Notes under the pieces: model-generated
Told to the model about the DNA's origin: nothing
Seen by the model: only the letters and a program-made list of their open reading frames with translations
Database searches by the model: none
Part shown: piece by piece, positions 1 to 7,806 of the stretch
How positions within the stretch are numbered: position 1 is the stretch's first letter
Layout of the letters: every line of letters starts with the position of its first letter
NCBI GenBank assembly: GCA_023390245.1
Contig: JAEWDF010000080.1
Span: forward strand, 7,182 to 71,181
From: Pseudomonadota bacterium
GTDB lineage: Bacteria; Pseudomonadota; Alphaproteobacteria; Caulobacterales; Caulobacteraceae
DNA length: 64,000 nt
Direction of reading: 5' to 3'
Program-made: the position numbers and the translations under genes

Positions 1-397
1 GGTCGATGGAGCGGATCGTGCGGTTTTCACCCCAGAGGCCAACCGTCAGTTCGATGAGGTTGAGATAGTGGAGGTCAGTCTTTCGAGAGCGGTGCTTCGC
101 GGGGTCGGTTCGAAACAGTTCGAACGCTTGGCGAAGCGTCTTGTCCGCTGGTGACGCCGGAGGCGGCGGCGCGGGCTTCGATCGCTTGGACGGCGCGGCA
201 ATGACAGGTCGGACCCCATGAACCTCGATGTCCCGCCACTCCTGCTCGAACGTCGCCGCAACGATCCGAGCTTTGCGGACAGCATCAGCCCGATAGCCGG
301 TGCCGAGAGATTTCATGACCTCCGTCTTGCCGATGATCCCGGCCAAGGAGCGCGGAACACGAAGTCGAAGGTAGTAGGTCGATCCCCGGACGATCAG
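1..397 (-). CDS. Tyrosine integrase, N-terminal part only; the gene runs off the left window edge and its start codon is unresolved
   Basis: Not in the ORF track because there is no stop inside the window. My minus-strand translation reads ...GLIVRGSTYYLRLRVPRSLAGIIGKTEVMKSLGTGYRADAVRKARIVAATFEQEW... This is collinear with the N-terminus of the 5498-7102 integrase (GLIRRGAAYSLRRRVPKELIGAYGRAEIVRALGTKDRAEAKRLHA). The frame is open from the in-frame TAG at 632-634 down to position 1. Confidence 0.7.
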   Translation of the reverse strand, partial: MIVRGSTYYLRLRVPRSLAGIIGKTEVMKSLGTGYRADAVRKARIVAATFEQEWRDIEVHGVRPVIAAPSKRSKPAPPPPASPADKTLRQAFELFRTDPAKHRSRKTDLHYLNLIELTVGLWGENRTIRSID

Positions 398-610
398 GCC
401 AGACGATTGCCGACGCCGAGCATCAGGTGACCGAGGAGACGGTTGAAGGGGCCGTTTGGACGGTGTGTGCGACGAGGTGGTGCTACAGCCTCGGGACGGT
501 GAACTGACTGTCGGGGAACGCTTTTTCGACGGTCCCTTGGAAGCCGCGTGTAGCAGCGTGGTGTCAGATTTATCGCCTGTTTCCGTCCAAACCCTTGCTC
601 CGCAAGGATT

Positions 611-628
611 TGGTGGAGCCGAGGGGAG
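611..628. repeat. Distal copy of the 18-bp direct repeat TGGTGGAGCCGAGGGGAG, a duplicated tRNA-Ala 3' end (att site)
   Basis: Exact 18/18 identity with 7159-7176, which is the CCA end, acceptor 3' strand and part of the T-arm of the tRNA gene. Confidence 0.85.
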
Positions 629-742
629 GCTCTATCGAATTAGATAAATCAATCACTTATAGCCGCGTCGGCGCGCTGTGTGTGATTGTCGTGTGTAGCA
701 GTTTCAGCAGTAAACGCAAATCGGGCGTGATTGAGGATTGCT

Positions 743-1120
743 TCACGCTGACTGAGCCGCCTGGACGAATGTGAGAGCTACTTGGTCGGCAAAATCCTTC
801 TTGCCCATCAAGCCGAGGAAATCTTCACCGAAATCCATTGGCGGTTGAAAGCTTGTTGCAACGCAGCCTGCATTGTCCATTAGAATAACGGAGAGAAACT
901 CGCCGCGATCCGGGGTCCTAACGTAACCGTAGTAGAAATTTCCCATTTCGTTGAACTCGAATTTCTTCGCTGTGGTTCCATACTTATTAAAGTATTGCTC
1001 AATAGTGCTAGGAGTGTGCGAAGCTAACTGCTTGCCGTTATAGAACGCCTCGTCTGACGAAGCTTTTTTTGCAATCAGTGAGGCACTTGCGCCTTGCACC
1101 AAACCGGTCAGAAATCCCAT
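743..1120 (-). CDS. Hypothetical protein (125 aa), no recognisable family
   Basis: ORF track entry. It lies in the low-GC island with no competing long ORFs. The N-terminus is mildly hydrophobic (GFLTGLVQGASASLIA). Confidence 0.5.
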   Translation of the reverse strand: MGFLTGLVQGASASLIAKKASSDEAFYNGKQLASHTPSTIEQYFNKYGTTAKKFEFNEMGNFYYGYVRTPDRGEFLSVILMDNAGCVATSFQPPMDFGEDFLGLMGKKDFADQVALTFVQAAQSA

Positions 1121-1292
1121 AGTCCCCTCGAACCAAACGTCGTCATTAGATCATAGACGACTGCTCGCGGACTGCCAGCGCTCCTCGCGCAGGCGTGGAT
1201 GGCATCGAAGGGGTTAGCTCGCAAACGTCTCAATTCCCGAACCCACCTTGCCTTGCTAGGGAAGAGCGTCATTGCAGTGCGAAGGGATCGAT

Positions 1293-2339
1293 ATGGCCAA
1301 GAGTTCTAAAATTAAGTTGGCCGATCAGACTGATCCCATCGTTCGCCTCGGGTTGGCCTCCCTTTACAAAGGCGATGCACTGGCAGCTTACGAAGACTGG
1401 CACGCGCCTACCGTCATAATTTCGGATGGTCCTTACGGCTTGGGGAAATTTCCCGGCGAACCTCACACAACTGACGGCCTTGCTGAATGGTACGCCCCAC
1501 ATGCAGCCGCGTGGGCCAAATACTCCCAGCCCGCCACAACGCTCTGGTTTTGGAACAGCGAGCTCGGCTGGGCTAAGTCTCACTCTGCCCTAGAGATGCA
1601 TGGTTGGCAGTACGAAGAGGCGGTGATCTGGGACAAGGGCATCGCGCACATCGCGGGGAACGTGAACTCCCGAACCATTCGCGGCATGCCGGTCGTGACG
1701 GAGATCGCGGTTCGCTATACAAAGAAGGCAACGTTGGCCTGTGCTGAAGGAGCGCAGCTTCCCCTGAAGGAGTGGCTGAGAGCGGAGTGGCAGCGTTCAG
1801 GTTTGCCGCTATCTCAAAGCAATGAAGCCTGTGGTGTCGCGAACGCGGCAACCCGCAAGTATCTAACCCAGTGTCATATGTGGTATTTCCCGCCTGGTGA
1901 CGCCGTTGAAGCAATGGCCAAGTGGTGCACGGAAAGAGGTCTTCCGACTAATCGACCCTACTTTTCGATGGACGGAAAAGCTCCTGTATCTTCTAGCGCT
2001 TGGGACAAGATGCGAGCGAAGTGGACGCACGTCCACGCTCTTACCAATGTGTGGCAAGAGCCCCCGGTGCACGGGTCGGAGCGAGTGAAAGTAGCGAATG
2101 GAACAGGCTACCTCCACGCCAATCAAAAGCCATTGAGCTTGATGCAGCGTCAGATTGCGGCATCAAGCGATGTTAACGACGTTGTTTGGGAGCCCTTCGG
2201 AGGGCTGATGTCAGCGACGGTGGCAGCACTTGGAATGGGGCGACGGGCACATGCCGCAGAAATGAACCCAGAATTTTTTGAGGCAGCATCGGCTCGTATC
2301 AGGTCGGTACTCTCCAATCCTTTGCGGAAAGTTGGCTGA
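1293..2339 (+). CDS. DNA methyltransferase of the N4/N6 beta class (motif IV precedes motif I), the M subunit of a type II R-M system
   Basis: The motif IV-like sequence is VIISDGPYG (nt ~1422-1439). The C-terminal motif I-like sequence is VWEPFGGLMSATVAALGMGRRAHAAEMNPEFF. I prefer the ATG at 1293, which follows GAAGGGA, over the TTG at 1272. The stop overlaps the next gene's ATG (ATGA). Confidence 0.8.
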   Translation: MAKSSKIKLADQTDPIVRLGLASLYKGDALAAYEDWHAPTVIISDGPYGLGKFPGEPHTTDGLAEWYAPHAAAWAKYSQPATTLWFWNSELGWAKSHSALEMHGWQYEEAVIWDKGIAHIAGNVNSRTIRGMPVVTEIAVRYTKKATLACAEGAQLPLKEWLRAEWQRSGLPLSQSNEACGVANAATRKYLTQCHMWYFPPGDAVEAMAKWCTERGLPTNRPYFSMDGKAPVSSSAWDKMRAKWTHVHALTNVWQEPPVHGSERVKVANGTGYLHANQKPLSLMQRQIAASSDVNDVVWEPFGGLMSATVAALGMGRRAHAAEMNPEFFEAASARIRSVLSNPLRKVG

Positions 2340-3262
2340 TGACCGCCCCAATAAGAACAAACGGGCCTGACGCTAGCTGGCCACATCGTGATCTGTACGA
2401 ACGAGTGGTCGAAGCGCTTCATGCTCTACCGGCCAGATTTCGTACAGAATTGAAGATCGCGGGTATCAGCGCGACTGATCTGTTCACGCTCAACACTCCT
2501 TTAGGTGCAGCTATTGAAGCGTCAGTGGTTGAGAACCTGAACTTATTGCGTGAGTTATGGGACCCGGATGAAGAGTATGAAATCTACTCTTTTCTAAGGC
2601 AGGCTCAAGTATTTCCTGACGTTCTCCTCACCACTACCGCACCGGGTGTTCCTGATGAAGAACGCGTGCTCATGGGTATAGAGTTGAAAGGTTGGTTCAT
2701 CCTCTCAAAGGAAGGTGAGCCGTCATTCAGATATAAAGCGAGTGCCAACGTTTGTGCGCCCCAGGATTTGTTGGTGGTTTTCCCTTGGGGTTTGAACGAA
2801 GTGATTTCTGGCTCGCCAAGACTGCTTAGGCCTTTCGTTGAAGAGGCAAAGTATGCGGCAGAGCATCGCAACTATTACTGGGAGCATATGAGGGCGGGGG
2901 TGCAAGGCGATGCAGCTTTGGTAGACCTATCTCCTATTGCCGCGCCCTATCCGGCAAAAAGCCAAAAATTCAATGACGTGCCGCGCGTAGATAAAGGGTC
3001 CAATTTCGGTCGTGTTGCCCGAGGTGGACTGATGTCAGACTTCATAACTGAACTTATGAGCGTTCAGGTATCGGGCATTCAAGCCAAGTACTGGCAGAAC
3101 TTTCTCCACATATTCTCAGAAGGTGCGAGCGCTGACGAGATCGAACGGCGACTAAGTCGGATGCGTGCGGACGCTGAGGCCCACGGACTTTCACCGGACG
3201 GTTTGGATGCGCTTGAGCGAGTTCAGGATGGCCTTCGGGACCTGATCACGGGCTCCGACTAA
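2339..3262 (+). CDS. Putative type II restriction endonuclease (PD-(D/E)xK fold)
   Basis: It is translationally coupled to the methyltransferase. The candidate catalytic motif is FPDVLL...(19 aa)...GIELKGW, i.e. PD...ExK. I recognise no other family. Confidence 0.6.
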   Translation: MTAPIRTNGPDASWPHRDLYERVVEALHALPARFRTELKIAGISATDLFTLNTPLGAAIEASVVENLNLLRELWDPDEEYEIYSFLRQAQVFPDVLLTTTAPGVPDEERVLMGIELKGWFILSKEGEPSFRYKASANVCAPQDLLVVFPWGLNEVISGSPRLLRPFVEEAKYAAEHRNYYWEHMRAGVQGDAALVDLSPIAAPYPAKSQKFNDVPRVDKGSNFGRVARGGLMSDFITELMSVQVSGIQAKYWQNFLHIFSEGASADEIERRLSRMRADAEAHGLSPDGLDALERVQDGLRDLITGSD

Positions 3263-3525
3263 ATCTCTTCATGGAGGGGCAATAAAATTTAGCGGAGCTA
3301 CCAGACGAACGGCTGTGCAAGTGGATTGAAAATTTTAAATCGATAGGCACGACCAGAGATCAGACAGTTTGCCTCAAAGACGTCCCCATATGCCCCGGTC
3401 ACAGCGCTCGGAACTGCGCGGCTCATAAGTTCTAACTATTGCGCCATAGCTCAAAAGACGGCTTGACCACGATTTGCGCCATGCTAATGAGCTAGGAGAA
3501 CGCAACCCCTAACTTGTGAGCCATC

Positions 3526-4131
3526 ATGCACCGGATCGCCTACTATCGCGTCAGCACCGGAGACCAGAGCATCGAAGCGCAGCGCGCGGCCCTCGGCGGC
3601 TCATTCGATCAGGAGTTCGCTGACGAAGGAGTGAGTGGGGGCATCCCCGCCGCACAGCGCAGGGGCTTCGGCGACCTGCTCAGCAAAATCCGCTCCGGTG
3701 ACACGCTGTACGTTTACGCTGTTGATCGCCTCGGCCGGGATGCGCTGGACGTTCAGGCGACGGTGCGGCACCTTATAGAGCAAGGCGTGACCGTGCACGT
3801 CCACGGGCTAGGTCCTATTGGCCGGGGAGTGGGCGAACTCATCCTCGCCGTGCTGGCGCAAATCGCGGACATGGAGCGCCAGCGGATCGCCGACCGAACC
3901 CGAGCGGGTCGAGAAGCCGCTAGGGCGGCCCTAGAGGCCACCGGGCGTACGCACCGGGGGGCAACTAGCCTAGGCCGCCCAAAGTCGCTCCACGGGCCGG
4001 AAATCGCCGCTTGGCGGAGAGCCAATGGACCGGCGCCCCACGGAGCCAGCATCGCTGATACCGCCCGTCACTTCGGGCTCTCGCAAGCGACGGTTAAGCG
4101 ATACTGCGCAATCTCCAAGCGCAGCGGCTAG
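3526..4131 (+). CDS. Small serine recombinase (resolvase/invertase family) with a C-terminal HTH
   Basis: The N-terminus IAYYRVSTGDQSIEAQ carries the catalytic Ser motif. Also present are YVYAVDRLGRD and a C-terminal HTH (IADTARHFGLSQATVKRY). Confidence 0.9.
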   Translation: MHRIAYYRVSTGDQSIEAQRAALGGSFDQEFADEGVSGGIPAAQRRGFGDLLSKIRSGDTLYVYAVDRLGRDALDVQATVRHLIEQGVTVHVHGLGPIGRGVGELILAVLAQIADMERQRIADRTRAGREAARAALEATGRTHRGATSLGRPKSLHGPEIAAWRRANGPAPHGASIADTARHFGLSQATVKRYCAISKRSG

Positions 4132-4568
4132 AGGCCCAAGGTGGACACGATAGCATCAGTCGCGGCGCGGGTTCGCTGCTCGCGCTCCAAATAGGTTTGC
4201 TCCGCGACCTTCAAAAGCGGAACGTCATAGCCTCGAAAGCCATATGTCGCCGAATGAGTGGACGCACTTAGGAGCAGGTTGCCCAAGGCCAAGTGCATCT
4301 GACTGAGAGTATCTTCGTCAAACTTCTCTGCCTCGGAGGCGAGACCCACTGCCAACGCCGCCGCCGCACCAGCTACGACATGGGGAGCATTCTTCCCCGG
4401 ACTGCCGTCATAGAAATCCGGGCGTCCTGTTGACAGCATCATCGTTAGCTTGGTCGCCAGCTTGTCTGGATCGGAACCCGAACCAAGGAAGCGGACCTCC
4501 TTCAGCGCATCCTCAATCAGGTTCCGGGTTTCGGCCAACCGCTTCCTGGCCTTCAGTCGCCCAAACAT
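4128..4568 (-). CDS. Hypothetical protein (146 aa)
   Basis: ORF track entry. It is convergent with the recombinase, with the stops overlapping by 4 nt, and divergent from the XRE gene. No recognisable motif. Confidence 0.5.
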   Translation of the reverse strand: MFGRLKARKRLAETRNLIEDALKEVRFLGSGSDPDKLATKLTMMLSTGRPDFYDGSPGKNAPHVVAGAAAALAVGLASEAEKFDEDTLSQMHLALGNLLLSASTHSATYGFRGYDVPLLKVAEQTYLEREQRTRAATDAIVSTLGL

Positions 4569-4650
4569 AGAGTTCCCCCTTCAGCTGCCGCTAGGCTTAT
4601 CGACAGTCACTTAGAGCGGATGCGACTTGCCGTAAATGCCGTGGCCGTAG

Positions 4651-4923
4651 GTGCCGTGTTATCGTCAACGCTGGCGGGTGGCACGAATATCGGCAAAGGC
4701 TGACGTGGACGGTCGTCTCGAGCAACTCGGGACGGGCATTCGGATTATCCGCGAACGGGCCGGACTATCGCAGGAAGCGCTCGCAGACGCAGCAGGGATC
4801 GACCGTTCCCACATGAGCCGGATAGAACGGGGAAAGCGCAACGTCACATTCCTCAACATCTGTCGTGTCGCAAAGGCGTTAAGCTGCAAGCCATCTGATT
4901 TGCTGTTGGCTGGGTCGCTTTAG
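4651..4923 (+). CDS. XRE-family helix-turn-helix transcriptional regulator
   Basis: LGTGIRIIRERAGLSQEALADAAGIDRSHMSRIERGKRNVTFLNICRVAKAL is a typical Cro/C1 HTH. An in-frame GTG at 4705 may be the real start. Confidence 0.85.
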   Translation: MPCYRQRWRVARISAKADVDGRLEQLGTGIRIIRERAGLSQEALADAAGIDRSHMSRIERGKRNVTFLNICRVAKALSCKPSDLLLAGSL

Positions 4924-5497
4924 TTCTCCGGCGGTGGAACACCGGGACTACGCAGAATGGTGGGATTTTTTTGGCGCGCACGATCCGCCGCCTAGTAGTT
5001 TACGATCCATGAGCGGATCGGATATGAGCGGCTACCAAGCCAAATAAGGCTAGGTTGAATTGATACCCTCACGAACAAGCGAAACATCTTGTTCACGTCC
5101 GCCTCCAGGCGGTGGTCTTACGCAAAAGACATGATCACACGGGAGAGATTAGCTAAGCTGATCGTGATCAGCGGGTATCCTTACGCAGCGCACAACGCAG
5201 CCAATGGTCATAAACTATACCCGTCCAGCCCCTTAGCATCACTTCCAGAGATAGATACGCATGTTTTTTTATCTATTTCCCGGGTTATCTGAGGGGGAGA
5301 GGCGGAAAGCCTACGAGCAACACACACATACCATGGTCAGGAATGGATAAGTGCAGATAGTACCTAGATTGGAAGCTAACTAACAGAGAGTGGATCGAAA
5401 AGAAATAAGAACTGACATTGCACAACAAATATGCATGTGCAAGCGATGGCGCAGAAAAGACGATTGCTGCAAGGGATAACCAAGAGGAATATAGCAT

Positions 5498-7102
5498 TTA
5501 CCCGGGCGGCTTAGGAAGATTTACCCCAACAAGACGACATGCATGTACGGCAGCGACTATGACATGCATTGGATAACCCTCTCCATAACTATCAGATACA
5601 TCATCATCGCCATGGCCGACTATCTGACTATGAACCCTCTTCGGCACGTTCGCACTTCTACACATGTCTATAAACGCATGGCGGAAAGAATGAAACACAA
5701 CGCGCCTATCTGTTATCCCCACGCGTCGCTTATATTCAGAGAACCATTGCCCCCATTTTTCGCCTAGCTTACCATCACCATCCGGCCTGAGCTCAGGGAA
5801 CACCAGTGAGTTTCGAGGTAGATGGCTGCAGTACTTAAGGAACCCAAGCGCGATGAGGGATGGGTGGATAGGAACTATACGCTGGCTGGCATCCGTCTTA
5901 AGCTGATTTTCGCCTTCCTCACCATAATCTATATTGATCGTCCAAGTCGCCGCGTCACCGCCATCGGCCGTTCTATACGGCACTTCCCTAATGTCCCGAG
6001 CCCGAAGCTGCGCGAGTTCCTCCCGGCGAGCTCCGGTAAATAGGGCAAGCAGCGGCATCCAGTATGCGGCTTCCCCCCTGCCCCGCACCGGCCGCTCGCC
6101 GAGCCGGTGAACAGGCCCGGAAAACAGCTTGTTGAGGTCATCGGCAGACCAAGAGGAACGAGGTTTGCCCTTCTTTGATTTGGGGGCCTGAACGCCCGCA
6201 GCCGGGTTCACGACGATCAACTCCGCCGCGACTGCGAAGCCCAGGATAGTCCGGAGGCGAGAGAGCTTGGTTTTGATGTTCTCGGGCGAAGTTCCCTCAG
6301 CCAGCATCAGGTCCTTGAATTGCAGCACATGCGCGCGGCGAACCTGATCCACATTTAGGACACCGGTCCGCTCCGAGAACCACTTAGCCACGGCGGCGTG
6401 AGCGCGCACAGTCTTCGGAGCAGGAGCTCTTTCCCGCCCCCACATTTTTACCACCTCGGCCAGCGAGTTCCGAGCGGACGACGTTTGAGGCGTGGGCTTT
6501 ACGGGGAGAAAGCCAGCAGAGTTATCGGCTCCTGCCAGCTTCGTCTCAGCCGATGCCACCAGCCGTGCGAGCGCTTCCGCTTCCGTCTGATAGTCGCGGA
6601 TGATGTCCCTTAGGGCCTTCTCGCGTTCCGAAAGCGCATCTTCATTCCTGACCCTCATTACAGAAAGAAGCTGCTCGCGGATGGGCTCACGTCGATCGTA
6701 CTCGAACCCTTCCATGAACTCATCTTCGCTATCCTGACGGAACTTGCTCAACGCATATTCGAGCTCCTCGTCCGAAATGGTCTGAACCTGCGGCGGGCGC
6801 TGCTGCCACACCTCCCGTATCTGTCTTAGTTTCTCGAGAATGTGCGCGTTAGGATCGCGCGCCTTCCTGCCGCGCGCGGCGGCGAACTCTTCATCCAGGG
6901 CAACCCAAGCCAGGGCATGGAGGCGTTTGGCCTCAGCTCGGTCCTTCGTTCCTAATGCGCGGACAATTTCAGCCCTGCCATACGCGCCGATAAGTTCCTT
7001 CGGTACGCGCCTGCGGAGGCTGTATGCCGCTCCGCGCCGGATCAATCCTGTAGGCATGTCGGTCATTGCTCCGTGTGTAGCAGACACAAGGTGCACCGGC
7101 AT
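5498..7102 (-). CDS. Tyrosine-type integrase (site-specific recombinase)
   Basis: The C-terminal catalytic region is VFHSFRHAFIDMCRSANVPKRVHSQIVGH...SDSYGEGY. The N-terminal motif is RRGAAYSLRRRVPKEL. The gene lies directly next to the tRNA-Ala 3' end. The real start may be an internal Met (MTDMPTG). Confidence 0.9.
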   Translation of the reverse strand: MPVHLVSATHGAMTDMPTGLIRRGAAYSLRRRVPKELIGAYGRAEIVRALGTKDRAEAKRLHALAWVALDEEFAAARGRKARDPNAHILEKLRQIREVWQQRPPQVQTISDEELEYALSKFRQDSEDEFMEGFEYDRREPIREQLLSVMRVRNEDALSEREKALRDIIRDYQTEAEALARLVASAETKLAGADNSAGFLPVKPTPQTSSARNSLAEVVKMWGRERAPAPKTVRAHAAVAKWFSERTGVLNVDQVRRAHVLQFKDLMLAEGTSPENIKTKLSRLRTILGFAVAAELIVVNPAAGVQAPKSKKGKPRSSWSADDLNKLFSGPVHRLGERPVRGRGEAAYWMPLLALFTGARREELAQLRARDIREVPYRTADGGDAATWTINIDYGEEGENQLKTDASQRIVPIHPSLIALGFLKYCSHLPRNSLVFPELRPDGDGKLGEKWGQWFSEYKRRVGITDRRVVFHSFRHAFIDMCRSANVPKRVHSQIVGHGDDDVSDSYGEGYPMHVIVAAVHACRLVGVNLPKPPG

Positions 7103-7158
7103 AACTAAGTGGCTGATTTCGCTACATTCATAAGCAAATCAAATGCCTATGTAACGCC

Positions 7159-7234
<76 letters not shown>

Positions 7235-7396
7235 GTTTCCAGACTGGATCGGGCCCCAGGCGAGGGCGCGACATAGGCGGGCGGCGGGGGCGGTGTCAAC
7301 GGCCTTGTGCGCGCAATCGGCGCAGGCGGGCGGCGGGCGTTGGCGCCGGGGGGCGGAGCGGTCTAGAAGCCGACATCCCCCTCAAGGAGAAGGTCC

Positions 7397-7702
7397 ATGG
7401 GTTTCGCCCTCGTCTGGCTGATCAACGCCCTCGTCAAGCTGATGATCTGGCTCATCATCGGCCAGGCGATCCTCAGCTGGCTGGTGGCCTTCGACGTCAT
7501 CAACTACCGCAACCGCTTCGTCTATTCGATCGCCCACTTCCTGGATCAGGCGACCCGGCCGCTGCTGGAGCCGTTCCGGCGGATCATCCCGTCGCTCGGC
7601 GGCATCGACGTCTCGCCCATCGTCGTCATCCTGCTGCTGCAGTTCGTCGCCATCCTGTTCAACCGGATGGCCGCGCCGGCGCTGATCATGATGCTGGGCT
7701 GA
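7397..7702 (+). CDS. yggT: YggT-family membrane protein
   Basis: The sequence GQAILSWL...FDVINYRNRF...ATRPLLEPFRRIIPSLGGIDVSPIV is typical of the YggT/Ycf19 family. Confidence 0.8.
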   Translation: MGFALVWLINALVKLMIWLIIGQAILSWLVAFDVINYRNRFVYSIAHFLDQATRPLLEPFRRIIPSLGGIDVSPIVVILLLQFVAILFNRMAAPALIMMLG

Positions 7703-7806
7703 GCGGACACGCCGGGATGAGAATCCGCGCCGGGGCGTGATTGGCCCCTTGCGCCGCGCGGCGACCTTCCTAAGGTGCCCGCCCCGACAATCACCGACCG
7801 CGGTTC

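Noticed and set aside
5089-5497. Short ORFs 5089-5292 (plus strand) and 5285-5497 (minus strand) in the AT-rich spacer
   Set aside because: They have no ribosome-binding context and no motifs, and their amino-acid composition is odd. I treat the region as non-coding and report it as a finding instead.
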